DNA of 64,000 bases, from positions 32,001-96,000 of IMG/VR virus record IMGVR_UViG_3300021431_000089. One strand, given 5' to 3'. Shown piece by piece: positions 46,373-55,307 of this stretch. Made by a program: the position numbers and the translations under genes. This stretch comes from a virus (taxonomy: Duplodnaviria > Caudoviricetes). How positions within the stretch are numbered: position 1 is the stretch's first letter; each line of letters opens with the position of its first letter. The notes beneath the pieces were generated by a model. That model was not told where the DNA came from, did not search any database, and was given only the letters and a program-made list of their open reading frames with translations.

Positions 46373-46644
46373 TCTTCTTTCCTCTCTGACCAGTCGATTT
46401 TCTGACCGCAATGTGGACAATAATCATGCTGTTCACCTTCGATTTCATACGTCGCTCCGCATGATGGACATTCCCATGTATCGTAGACCAGAGACCCGTC
46501 TGCATAGCCATCTCCCCATACGTCCGGTATAATCGGAACTTGCTTTTTAAGGGCTTTGACCGCCTCATAAAGTGCTTCAGACGTATTGCCGAAGTGAGTA
46601 CCACCGTCAGCCATTACTATTTCAATCGCTTCTTTTGGTGTCAT
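46369..46644 (-). CDS. zinc-ribbon protein
   Basis: MTPKEAIE..ALKKQ.P..CPSCG..YCPHCGQKIDW. Confidence 0.7.
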   Translation of the reverse strand: MTPKEAIEIVMADGGTHFGNTSEALYEAVKALKKQVPIIPDVWGDGYADGSLVYDTWECPSCGATYEIEGEQHDYCPHCGQKIDWSERKEE

Positions 46645-46904
46645 CTCTCTCTCCTTTTTGCGTTTCCGCAATACCAATTATCTGAAGGCATCCAGCTATA
46701 AAACGGGTCATCGCACTGACACGGGCATACACCATCCGGGAATCGAAGGTTGAGCCTCCCTATCTCGTTTTCATATATTATGGCTGGTCTGTGCTCGCAA
46801 TCTTTGCATCGGATCAGTTCCCGCAGATATCCCTGTGATTCCGCAGACACCTTTGTTTCGTTATCAAGGAAATCGTCGTTAATAATGTATTCAACCCTTG
46901 TCAT
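46641..46904 (-). CDS. Cys-motif small protein
   Basis: ELIRCKDC...WYC. Confidence 0.65.
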   Translation of the reverse strand: MTRVEYIINDDFLDNETKVSAESQGYLRELIRCKDCEHRPAIIYENEIGRLNLRFPDGVCPCQCDDPFYSWMPSDNWYCGNAKRRER

Positions 46905-47479
46905 TCTTCTTTCCTCTCAGCCCACCAAATAAGCAATTCGTTGATTGCATCTTCCACTTCCTCGTAATAACGGATGCGCTCTTCGCTATTACTCTTGTCT
47001 TCAATTACCTTGTGTCGCTCATTTAACACAGCTTTAATCCAGTTGATAGGGATCGCATCGGCTTTCAATGCTCCGATAGCCACATCTAAGGCTTCCAGAT
47101 ATGCTTTGCTGTATTGATATATTGAATCGTCTAAGATTTTGACCTCTTCAAGAATTTCGATAGCTTCGGACTTGTTCATTCTTCTTTCCACATTTTCTGA
47201 ATCGGGTACTAGCTCCTTAATTTGCGTCTGCATATCTGCTAGTTTTTTCAAATAATTTTCGTCTGTCATTCTTCTCTCCGCTCCGCTTTGGCAGATGTCG
47301 ATGATGCTGTCAAGCAATGCATTTGACGGCTCCCAATTCATGTACTTGCGATGACAGTCATCACATCCAATGGGGCCGTACTCATCTCTTGGGGCATCCG
47401 GTTCATTGTGTTTGCAGTTATAGCAGTAGATTCCGCACAGCTCCCACTGTAGTTTCTTTTTAATTTCTTCTCTGTCCAT
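46901..47479 (-). CDS. tripartite fusion of small-gene modules
   Basis: Two internal ERRM junctions coincide with the junction repeat. Confidence 0.6.
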   Translation of the reverse strand: MDREEIKKKLQWELCGIYCYNCKHNEPDAPRDEYGPIGCDDCHRKYMNWEPSNALLDSIIDICQSGAERRMTDENYLKKLADMQTQIKELVPDSENVERRMNKSEAIEILEEVKILDDSIYQYSKAYLEALDVAIGALKADAIPINWIKAVLNERHKVIEDKSNSEERIRYYEEVEDAINELLIWWAERKEE

Positions 47480-47784
47480 TATCGTTTACCATCCATTTTT
47501 GACCCGCACCATGGACAATATGGCGTGACATTACCCCACGAATGTCCGCATTCGGAGCACTTCCGCATCATGTAGACAAACTCAGGAAACCCGACCTGCG
47601 AATGAGGATCTTTCAACCATCTTCCGTGTCTGACAGGCTCCGCGTCAACAACGGGTTGATCGAGAGCAATGTTGAGCGCCTGATCGATTGTGTATAATTC
47701 AGCGAGCCTATGGTCATCGTCGACCGTCTCTCGATATTCTTTTAGATCCGCTAAGAACAGGTCTTGGTCAATTAAGTTTTTCAT
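47479..47784 (-). CDS. zinc-ribbon protein
   Basis: P.VDA.PVRHG.W..CS.CG..YCPWCGSKMDG. Confidence 0.7.
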   Translation of the reverse strand: MKNLIDQDLFLADLKEYRETVDDDHRLAELYTIDQALNIALDQPVVDAEPVRHGRWLKDPHSQVGFPEFVYMMRKCSECGHSWGNVTPYCPWCGSKMDGKR

Positions 47785-48149
47785 TCTGGTTCACCGTCCA
47801 TCTTCGATCCGCACCAAGGGCAGTAGTCAGTTAGAAACTCATTTCCTTCTGCTTCCAGCGCATCAGCGCCACAAACTGAGCACTTCATGGCGATCACATA
47901 AGAAGGCTTACCGGCGAGCGTTCCCATTCTCGGAACCCATTTACCGTGTCTGACAGGCCCCGCATCAACTGTCGGCGCGTTTTTAAACCCGTCCAAACTT
48001 GTTCCATCCAGTTCTGACACAACCTGTTCAAGTACTTCTGCTACTGTGATATGTTCACCAAGTTCTAAATCCCTGTACTTGTGCTCGCTTATTGCATTTT
48101 TGATAAATGTGGCAAACGCATCTGCATTAATCAATCTGGTCATCTTCAT
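47781..48149 (-). CDS. zinc-ribbon protein, paralog of neighbour
   Basis: RLINAD..PTVDA.PVRHG.W..YCPWCGSKMDG. Confidence 0.7.
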   Translation of the reverse strand: MKMTRLINADAFATFIKNAISEHKYRDLELGEHITVAEVLEQVVSELDGTSLDGFKNAPTVDAGPVRHGKWVPRMGTLAGKPSYVIAMKCSVCGADALEAEGNEFLTDYCPWCGSKMDGEPE

Positions 48150-48360
48150 CAGCCTTATAGGGCTTTGGACACTTTGCCCACGCTGTAGCGATGCCGCCCC
48201 ACAAATCACCATCATCGTTCCACAAATGTTCATAAGCGTTCCACCTCAGCACGCACACTTCCGATTCATTCTCTGCCCATTTAATTGTCACGAGATAACG
48301 GTCGCTTTTCTCTGGCAAGTTTTTCTTGCATGGAATCCATTCAACATTATTCATTTGCAT
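48127..48360 (-). CDS. DUF551-like protein
   Basis: EWIPC...LP...YLVT...TAW...P.PY. Confidence 0.65.
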   Translation of the reverse strand: MQMNNVEWIPCKKNLPEKSDRYLVTIKWAENESEVCVLRWNAYEHLWNDDGDLWGGIATAWAKCPKPYKADEDDQID

Positions 48361-48554
48361 TACTCCTTCTCGATCACGAATATAGCTATTAAGATGACCG
48401 CAACGGTGACCACGACGTCGACCATAGTTGGAAGTAAGACAAGCCACCACGACCAGTCAATGACATTACAGAGCTTCAGGCCGATAAGCAGAACCTGTAA
48501 AGCCCCACAAAATCCAATACCCGTTGAGGTATATGAAACTTTTTCTTTCTTCAT
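48360..48554 (-). CDS. small membrane protein
   Basis: LKL..VI.WSWW.VL.P. Confidence 0.65.
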   Translation of the reverse strand: MKKEKVSYTSTGIGFCGALQVLLIGLKLCNVIDWSWWLVLLPTMVDVVVTVAVILIAIFVIEKE

Positions 48555-49534
48555 CTCACCCTTCTCCTTCCCTTATAAAGTTCTCGGAAAACATCAAGAC
48601 CTTTATCGACCGGGGCATCTTTAGCACCCAACAGATCACCAGTGTCATAGATATAACTGACATTTACGTATTGTTTGAGCTGGTAGATCCGGTCAATCGT
48701 CCATGGTTGTACGTCTTTATCGAGGGCGAACACAACATTGGCTCCAGCTCTTGCAAGGATCTTCATTTGATTTTCTGAGAAGTGTGATGTGAGTATCGCG
48801 CCAGTGTTGTGAATTCCCCATGTATCTGCCATTAACACACTTTTACATCCCTCGAAGAGGATAACTTCATGCTTTTCATTTATTTTCGGCAGATTCTCAT
48901 ACATGCCGTAAATCGTGTTAATCTGTCCCCATGGATAGAAGTACGTATACTTACGAAGCCCCTTCTCCTTGAAGTGCGGATCAAGCGTCCTGCCGCCAAT
49001 GTTTACAATCTTTCCCTGCATATTACGTATCGGATAAACCAAGCGATTGGAGAAGGGATCATATCTAACTTGGAATTTATTAAGGGACTCCATGCTGATT
49101 CCCTCTCTCTCCCAGACAGCCAGTTTATCTTCGCGAATCTCATACTTATCCATGCAGTCCTCTCCGAGTATTACCCCGGCTGATGCTTTTCCCTCGTGCT
49201 TTTTTGGCTTAAACTTTTTTAAGATAGATGTTGTTGCGAGTTTCTTGCCGCCGATCACAACCGTGCCGGAGTATCCGGCATATTCCTTGATGATGTTTAC
49301 GGCCTCTGTATTTGAACAGTTGAAGTAACGTTTTACGAAATGGAAGATGTTCCCACCTTGTCCAGATGAGAAGTCATACCACTGGTTAATCTCGCGCCTT
49401 ACCGAGAATGAAGGGGTTTTCTCGTCCTTAAACGGAGAAAGCCCCCAGTATTCGTCATTCTTCGGAAAGAGCTCAACGTACTGGCCGATAAACTCGACGA
49501 TGTCGATTTGCTGAATCAGTTCTTCCAGTTCCAT
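48551..49534 (-). CDS. dnaG: DnaG-type DNA primase
   Basis: PF..EKTPSF, GGR, KY, FEG, TOPRIM ALDKD, KD..D. Confidence 0.88.
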   Translation of the reverse strand: MELEELIQQIDIVEFIGQYVELFPKNDEYWGLSPFKDEKTPSFSVRREINQWYDFSSGQGGNIFHFVKRYFNCSNTEAVNIIKEYAGYSGTVVIGGKKLATTSILKKFKPKKHEGKASAGVILGEDCMDKYEIREDKLAVWEREGISMESLNKFQVRYDPFSNRLVYPIRNMQGKIVNIGGRTLDPHFKEKGLRKYTYFYPWGQINTIYGMYENLPKINEKHEVILFEGCKSVLMADTWGIHNTGAILTSHFSENQMKILARAGANVVFALDKDVQPWTIDRIYQLKQYVNVSYIYDTGDLLGAKDAPVDKGLDVFRELYKGRRRVR

Positions 49535-49549
49535 ATCGCTCTTCCTTTA

Positions 49550-50887
49550 TTAATATGGTGTCACCGGTATGTGTTGCTTTGCTTCTGTCAACATGCAAGT
49601 GTTTCCCTCAAACTCGATATCGATCCACTCCCCGGAAACATGCTGCATACCGTTTCTGTTGTGTGAGACAATGAGTTTTTTGTTGCCACATTCGATACCA
49701 TCTGCCTCGATCTCTTCATCGGTTTTATCAGTTAGCAACAAGATGGAGCTTGCGTTTCTATATATCTTTGCGCTATCCGCAAGTTTCCCGTAATTGTTTA
49801 ACTGCGCTGCGGCGAGTGCGGCGATACCCATCGCACCGGCAATGTCATTTTTTACCATGTCAGTCAGCTTTCCCAACTCTGCATAGGTAGCAAACGCATC
49901 CGAGTCACCGCTCGACTTAAGGTAGTCGACAATGAGGATGTCGAGACCGTCGAACTTATGTGAAATCTTTTGAACGGCCGTATAGATCGCATCCTGACTG
50001 AATAGTGGCATGTACAGGTGTACAAATTTCTGCTCTTTAACCCAGTTCAATGCAGACTGAATGCGCTCGTTTTCCTCTGCTGTGTAGTTACCACTTCTCA
50101 CCCTTCTGAATTCAATCCCTGTAAGATGTGAGACGAGTCTGCACAGGAACAACCTACTGGACAGTTCGCTGTCGATGTACATCACCGACTTACCCCTCTT
50201 CATAAGGTCGACAGCTTCGTTCAACATGAACATTGACTTCGCGCCCTTTGCCGGTGCACCGAGAACCACAAGCTCCCCGGGTTCGATGGTCACATACTCG
50301 TTCAATGTCGGGAACTTGAAAGGCGTACCTGCAAATTTACCATCCTGATGAGCTTCAATTTCCAGCCATAAGTCGTCGATAACTTCTCCGAAAACGGGGG
50401 TGTCATCGATTACCGAGTAAGCCGTCATAGTCTCATCGATGATGCTATAAATCTTCTGTTGCACCCCTTCGACACTTCTGTCGTAGCAGAGCCCCTGACA
50501 CTCCTGAAGCTTTCTGAAAACCTCCTGGCGGAACGCCGCATCAAGTACGTTGGAAACCAATAGCTTGTATTCTTCTACCGTATTTCTGCACAGGACATCG
50601 CTCATGTCGAATAATTCCTGTAGCTTTTCTACGGAAAGCCCATCCGCAAGCTTCCTTGTCGCCTCCGAAGAATTCAGATCCTCGATGATGTTGTACGGGT
50701 CAATGTGTTTGATGTCCCGCTTTACCAGATCGCAGATGGCAGTGTAGATGAGCCGATTTTCCTTATTCGTGAAATGGTTCGGCAGTAAGAATTCAGAATA
50801 ATAGATCAGCTCAGGATTATGTATAAGCGATGCTATAATACCTGCTTCGCTCTCAATGCTGTTAATATCATCAGCCCTCATCATCAT
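49550..50887 (-). CDS. dnaB: DnaB-type replicative helicase
   Basis: ESEAGII.SL N-domain, P-loop APAKGAKS, DSEL, IVDYL, AAQLN, NRNG. Confidence 0.88.
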   Translation of the reverse strand: MMMRADDINSIESEAGIIASLIHNPELIYYSEFLLPNHFTNKENRLIYTAICDLVKRDIKHIDPYNIIEDLNSSEATRKLADGLSVEKLQELFDMSDVLCRNTVEEYKLLVSNVLDAAFRQEVFRKLQECQGLCYDRSVEGVQQKIYSIIDETMTAYSVIDDTPVFGEVIDDLWLEIEAHQDGKFAGTPFKFPTLNEYVTIEPGELVVLGAPAKGAKSMFMLNEAVDLMKRGKSVMYIDSELSSRLFLCRLVSHLTGIEFRRVRSGNYTAEENERIQSALNWVKEQKFVHLYMPLFSQDAIYTAVQKISHKFDGLDILIVDYLKSSGDSDAFATYAELGKLTDMVKNDIAGAMGIAALAAAQLNNYGKLADSAKIYRNASSILLLTDKTDEEIEADGIECGNKKLIVSHNRNGMQHVSGEWIDIEFEGNTCMLTEAKQHIPVTPY

Positions 50888-51671
50888 CGCCCCTACCTAC
50901 ATAGCAACATTCGTCTTGGTATTCGCAGAGGTACCTGCAGAAGAAGTAGTCAAGGCTCGGATAATACTCATTCGCCAGAACGATCTTCTCAATGGTCTTA
51001 TGAGCCCACTCCATCGCTTCATCGAAGCGCTCCTTCTTGAACGGCTCTTCGATGAACACCCCCGTCTTGAAGCAGTTGAAGCACAGTGCCTTCGGGTATT
51101 TCCCATATTCTTCGAATACCGCCGCAGAGTACAGGTACAACTGTCTCAGCATCTCATCAAGCTCGACATCTTTCTGTGTTGGCTTCTTGCGTTTGCTTCT
51201 CGGTTTCAGATCACGGGACTTATTGTCGACGACGTATAACTCTCCGTCTTTTTCTCCGAGCAGGTCGATAAACCCTACAAATTGACGCTCACCGATCTTG
51301 AAGCTGACTTTCTTCTCCACCCCCAGAATGTTGAATGGCAGCGGTTCGAACGATTTGAAGTAATCGTAGCCAGCTTGAATGTATTTCTGGGCAATTCCGC
51401 CCGGTGGGCGTTCGCCACGCACCATATCCCCGAACTGAGCCAGGAACAGCGACGGAAGTTCCTCTTTGGAATAAATTCCCTTATAGAACCCCTCGAGCAG
51501 TGCATGCACGAACGACCCGTAAGAGCTGCAGAACATAGGCTTCGAGTTCACACCGAGCGGATCGTCAATATATCGCAGGAACCATTTGTATCTACAGGTG
51601 TTAAAGCAATCAACTCTCGAATAGCTCCATATCATTTTCTCAATCAGAGACCTGTACTTATTTTCTGACAT
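50871..51671 (-). CDS. PD-(D/E)XK nuclease (AddB/Cas4-like)
   Basis: SYS....C, G..VH..LE, E, GFIDLL, VVDNKS, QL.LY, C-terminal C...C.Y...C. Confidence 0.85.
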   Translation of the reverse strand: MSENKYRSLIEKMIWSYSRVDCFNTCRYKWFLRYIDDPLGVNSKPMFCSSYGSFVHALLEGFYKGIYSKEELPSLFLAQFGDMVRGERPPGGIAQKYIQAGYDYFKSFEPLPFNILGVEKKVSFKIGERQFVGFIDLLGEKDGELYVVDNKSRDLKPRSKRKKPTQKDVELDEMLRQLYLYSAAVFEEYGKYPKALCFNCFKTGVFIEEPFKKERFDEAMEWAHKTIEKIVLANEYYPSLDYFFCRYLCEYQDECCYVGRGDDDEG

Positions 51672-51686
51672 GTAGCTACCCTCTTA

Positions 51687-52073
51687 TCAGAACGGAAGAT
51701 TAGAATCGTCGATTTCCAGATCCGGTTCGTTCTTCGTCTCTACGCTTGTTTCACTCTTGTTTTCGGACTTGCCGCCATTGAACTCGTCCTCTGTTTCGAA
51801 GGAGAAGATCTTGAAGTTCGTGTACAGAACCTTCTTTTCCTTGTCATATTTTGTTGACACATCAACATCTCCAAGCTTGATGCGGTCTTTGTCTGTCAGT
51901 CTTGCCGCCTTCGATGCCGCTGACGTGCCGATGAATGCTACGAATGAACTGAACTCCTGTTCGTACTCTCCGTCTCTGTTCTTGCGGCTGATCGAAAGCT
52001 GTGCCTTTGTCAGTGTCGGTGAAATCGACTCCACCTTCCATACAGATCCATATGCTCCATGTCTAAAGCCCAT
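51687..52073 (-). CDS. ssb: single-stranded DNA-binding protein
   Basis: OB-fold size, acidic tail ending DDSNLPF; after ERF. Confidence 0.75.
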   Translation of the reverse strand: MGFRHGAYGSVWKVESISPTLTKAQLSISRKNRDGEYEQEFSSFVAFIGTSAASKAARLTDKDRIKLGDVDVSTKYDKEKKVLYTNFKIFSFETEDEFNGGKSENKSETSVETKNEPDLEIDDSNLPF

Positions 52074-52075
52074 GA

Positions 52076-52837
52076 TTATTTGCCCTCCTGTTTGACTTCT
52101 TCTGCTTTTTTAGGTTCCTCTGTTTCCTCTTTCGCTTTCGCTAAGAATGTCTCGTTGAATTCTTTGAGGAGTTTGCCCGCTGTATTCGAGTCTTTAATTT
52201 TCTTGTAGTTGGAACCCTTGACATACCTTCCAATGAAGTCCTTGACGATATCTCCACTGTCCGGATTGTTCTCGAGATAGCCCCTCACTGCTGTGTCGAT
52301 TTCCCCAATCATAGTTTCAACAAGCGCCTTCTCTTCCTGCTCTTCAGCTTCCTTCTGCTTACTGCGGTAAGCATCGACGTCGTTGTCCGGTGTTGCAATC
52401 TGGAAGTATTCAATTAAGAAATACCTCGTGCAGTATGTAAGTGCGGAACCCATTGCCTGTGATGGATCGGACTGCGATCCTACAAGATGCCACGGCACAA
52501 CGATGGACTCATCGAGATTTTCATCGTTAATCCATTTGAATAGCATCTGCGCATTGACCATCGTTTCGGTCGAGACCTCGGTGAACGGTGTACCGTCTTT
52601 AGCCTTTTTAGTTTTCTCATTCCTCACCGTCTCTACAACGAATGTCCCAGGGACGATCTCAGGAATCAGACTGACACGATACTTCTTCATTCCGGCTGTG
52701 ACTTTTGCCAAGATCTCAGTGATATCTGCATACTTGTAACCGTAACCGCTTTTGGATCTGGCCACGGCGTCAGACATCTCACGGATCTTAGCGAGCTTTT
52801 GAACCAAGTTGAGCTTAACTTCTTCAATCTCTTCCAT
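52076..52837 (-). CDS. ERF-family ssDNA annealing protein
   Basis: GYGYKYA, QAMGSALTY..RY......I...D.D.D. Confidence 0.85.
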   Translation of the reverse strand: MEEIEEVKLNLVQKLAKIREMSDAVARSKSGYGYKYADITEILAKVTAGMKKYRVSLIPEIVPGTFVVETVRNEKTKKAKDGTPFTEVSTETMVNAQMLFKWINDENLDESIVVPWHLVGSQSDPSQAMGSALTYCTRYFLIEYFQIATPDNDVDAYRSKQKEAEEQEEKALVETMIGEIDTAVRGYLENNPDSGDIVKDFIGRYVKGSNYKKIKDSNTAGKLLKEFNETFLAKAKEETEEPKKAEEVKQEGK

Positions 52838-52868
52838 GATCTTTACTAACCTCCTATTCTCTGCTTGG

Positions 52869-52911
52869 TGGTGGAGAATGACAGAGTCGAACTGTCGTTT
52901 CCCTTTTCTCC
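52869..52911 (-). ncRNA. 43-nt tRNA top-half mimic (acceptor + T arm + CCA)
   Basis: GGAGAAA-agggaaac-GACAG-TTCGACT-CTGTC-ATTCTCC-A-CCA. Confidence 0.6.
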
Positions 52912-52941
52912 ATGTTCACGTTTTCATTGGTTGGTAATTAA

Positions 52942-52969
52942 AGTCTAGCAGTTATTTTTGGTATGTAAA
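52942..52969 (-). promoter_or_regulatory. sigmaA-type promoter of replication operon
   Basis: TTTACA-N16-TAGACT with TG extended -10. Confidence 0.55.
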
Positions 52970-52992
52970 GAAAAACCTGCGTTTCCGCAGGT
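52967..52992 (-). terminator. intrinsic terminator
   Basis: ACCTGCG-gaaa-CGCAGGT then TTTTCTTT on minus strand. Confidence 0.75.
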
Positions 52993-52996
52993 AAGT

Positions 52997-53995
52997 TTAA
53001 TCATTCACAAGATCGAATGCGATTTTCCATTTCCGGTAGTCGTTCCTCATGTTCAGCGACCACTTATAAACCCTATCTTTCTTAGATTTTTCACTAGAGG
53101 TTTGCCAATTTTTTGTTCTTTCTAAATCGCGTTTTGCCTGCACAACAAAGCGGGGTTCAATACCCGTCTCGGTCTCTTCCAAGTATGCCTCGTAAAAAAT
53201 ACCAGACATATGAACCTTCTTGTAGGACAATGGTATGACATCGGGGTTATGCTTGGCCGCTTCTGACAGCAGCATCGCGAAATTATTATAAAGTGATTTA
53301 AATGTTGGGTTGGCTTCACCTCGTAGTAGAAGATCCCCTTCGATTCTTGGGAGTTGTACTACAATTTTTCTGGGCGTCTTTTTAGCCGACATTTCTTTCA
53401 TCGATAACAAATCCTTAAAATCTTGAATGGATAGATAATAAATAGGATACATGTCGTCACCGAAAACGATCATCCTGTGTTTTAGATCCACATTTTCATC
53501 TTTGATTTTTACGATATCCTCCTGAGACAAACCTGCATACATAAGCCAAGCAAAAACCCGTCTGATTTTATTCAGACCCATAAAGGTAGGAGGTGTATCG
53601 TTGAAGACGTCAACAGCATCGAGGATTTTTTTGAGATGTTGTGGATCTTTAATTAAACTTTTTGAAATATTGCCAGAGGCATCAACCTTGCTTTGACTTG
53701 TTCGAGGCATTAAAAAAAGCGATGTGTTTGGATGTAACTCATCATGGCCACTGTCATATACCCACCTAACATATCGCCTGTAGTTTGAAGCCTTAGTCTG
53801 GAGTGAGTGGGTTGAAGAACCACCCAACTCATTGACAACTTTTTGAAACTCTTCGGTGGTAAATTCACAGAGGTCTTTGTGGAACAGCTCTTCATAGGCA
53901 GACACACGTCCGAGTTCCCTTTCATATCCTTCGAGGGTTCTTCCGCTGGCATCTATCTCCTTTAAAAACTGCCTTTTAATTTCGTCATTATACAT
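52997..53995 (-). CDS. MrpR(YopR)-like repressor with degenerate tyrosine-recombinase fold
   Basis: MYNDEIK..FL, E.LF.KD..EFT, Y..W, L..AG, SG..Y.AY recall SPbeta MrpR; no HxxR. Confidence 0.6.
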   Translation of the reverse strand: MYNDEIKRQFLKEIDASGRTLEGYERELGRVSAYEELFHKDLCEFTTEEFQKVVNELGGSSTHSLQTKASNYRRYVRWVYDSGHDELHPNTSLFLMPRTSQSKVDASGNISKSLIKDPQHLKKILDAVDVFNDTPPTFMGLNKIRRVFAWLMYAGLSQEDIVKIKDENVDLKHRMIVFGDDMYPIYYLSIQDFKDLLSMKEMSAKKTPRKIVVQLPRIEGDLLLRGEANPTFKSLYNNFAMLLSEAAKHNPDVIPLSYKKVHMSGIFYEAYLEETETGIEPRFVVQAKRDLERTKNWQTSSEKSKKDRVYKWSLNMRNDYRKWKIAFDLVND

Positions 53996-54032
53996 ATTTC
54001 TTTACCTCATTTCTTAATATGTACAACGAAAA

Positions 54033-54464
54033 TCAATTCGCGTCAAGCGACAAAGCCCTTTTCCTCAAATTTAACAATTGTTCCTCCGACAGTTTTGAGA
54101 GTGCTCCGGTTGCCAATAAGTACGCGGTTGATACCTCCGCCAGTTGCTGCGGTTGTAATGTTGTGATATATCTGGTAAACCTTTCTTTCGATACGCACAC
54201 AGGATTTTCACATAAAACCATACTGTCGTACGCAAGACCAGAAGTTGACGCGTTAACGACAACGTGTGTTGGTTGATCCAGATGTTTGAGGGATGTGGTA
54301 AGCGGAAGAACGATAACATTTGGGCTATATCGATTGCCCTTGTTATTCGAAATAACCAAGCCAGGTCTTACACCCGATTGTTCTCTTCCAACACCATCGA
54401 ACTTTAATAAGTAAATATCGCCAAGACGCGGTGATTGACTATGGTGATTAGCACACGTCTTTGG
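54033..54464 (-). CDS. mazF: MazF/PemK-family endoribonuclease; no canonical start in frame
   Basis: GDIY...G.EQSGVRP.LVISN..GN.YSP.VIV.PLTT...PTHV; open frame begins after TGA at 54465-54467. Confidence 0.75.
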   Translation of the reverse strand, partial: PKTCANHHSQSPRLGDIYLLKFDGVGREQSGVRPGLVISNNKGNRYSPNVIVLPLTTSLKHLDQPTHVVVNASTSGLAYDSMVLCENPVCVSKERFTRYITTLQPQQLAEVSTAYLLATGALSKLSEEQLLNLRKRALSLDAN

Positions 54465-54472
54465 TCAGATCC

Positions 54473-54790
54473 TTACGGAACTGGCACCCAGATAATTTTT
54501 TCTTCATATTTTCCTCCTTGATAATCATCTTTACAGGTAATAGTAAAATGGACGGCACCATTTTCGCCGTCAACCTTTTGGATATGTATAACCCCGCTGA
54601 GCACAAGTGCTGCAACGGGGTTGGTAAATGCAATAGACCTGCTATTGCCACTAATGCGAACCTTGTTAAATTTTACTGATCCCTTTGATCGATATGCTCT
54701 GCACGGTCTATGATCGTGGACGCTTAAATCGCATATATACACGCCGTTTTTATGGTTTTGTACAAAAATATTAAGCTCTGCTAAATTCAT
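54473..54790 (-). CDS. hypothetical protein
   Basis: AAGGAG RBS; 105 aa. Confidence 0.55.
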   Translation of the reverse strand: MNLAELNIFVQNHKNGVYICDLSVHDHRPCRAYRSKGSVKFNKVRISGNSRSIAFTNPVAALVLSGVIHIQKVDGENGAVHFTITCKDDYQGGKYEEKIIWVPVP

Positions 54791-54813
54791 TTATACTCCT
54801 TCAAGTTAGACGG

Positions 54814-55044
54814 TTATTGCACCGCCTCTTCAAGAGCATCTCTCGCATCCTCAATACTTGAAATTGCATCTTCAAGCTGTTCAACCGCATTTTCCATTTT
54901 CTCATAACGATCCGAACCTTCAAGGTTTTCCGGCATATTATTAAGGCACTCTTTCTCGTCGTCATATGAACACTCTACGATATTTAAAACCGTTTCCAAA
55001 ATGGAAACGGCCCTTCTAAGTACAGTTCTTCTCCTATCGTTCAT
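54814..55044 (-). CDS. small helical protein
   Basis: MN..RR...DE.E...NMPENL..S.R. Confidence 0.65.
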   Translation of the reverse strand: MNDRRRTVLRRAVSILETVLNIVECSYDDEKECLNNMPENLEGSDRYEKMENAVEQLEDAISSIEDARDALEEAVQ

Positions 55045-55307
55045 TATTCATCCTCGATATCATAAACACCATCAAACACCAGCGTTACCATTCCACCGCC
55101 ACTGTTGCCGTCGCAATAGTCAACACAAAAACGCTTAGTGGCAGGTAAAACACATTCAAAAAATGGAGTGCCTGGCAGAAACTCAATATAATGATAACGA
55201 AATCTTATCGTTGTTTCATTGTTTTCGGCACAGTTTTTAATATTCAGTGATCTAATGTCGGTATTTTCATACATTTTTTTCAATATTTCGATAATTTCAT
55301 TCATCAA
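55044..55307 (-). CDS. hypothetical protein
   Basis: Operon ORF. Confidence 0.55.
   Translation of the reverse strand: MMNEIIEILKKMYENTDIRSLNIKNCAENNETTIRFRYHYIEFLPGTPFFECVLPATKRFCVDYCDGNSGGGMVTLVFDGVYDIEDE

Larger units (their letters stand above)
46234..47279 (-). repeat. dispersed gene-junction repeat GAGAGGAAAGAAGAATGA
   Basis: Exact at 46238-46255, 46369-46386 (24 bp identical with the first) and 46901-46918; partial at 47176-47189 and 47266-47279. Confidence 0.85.
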
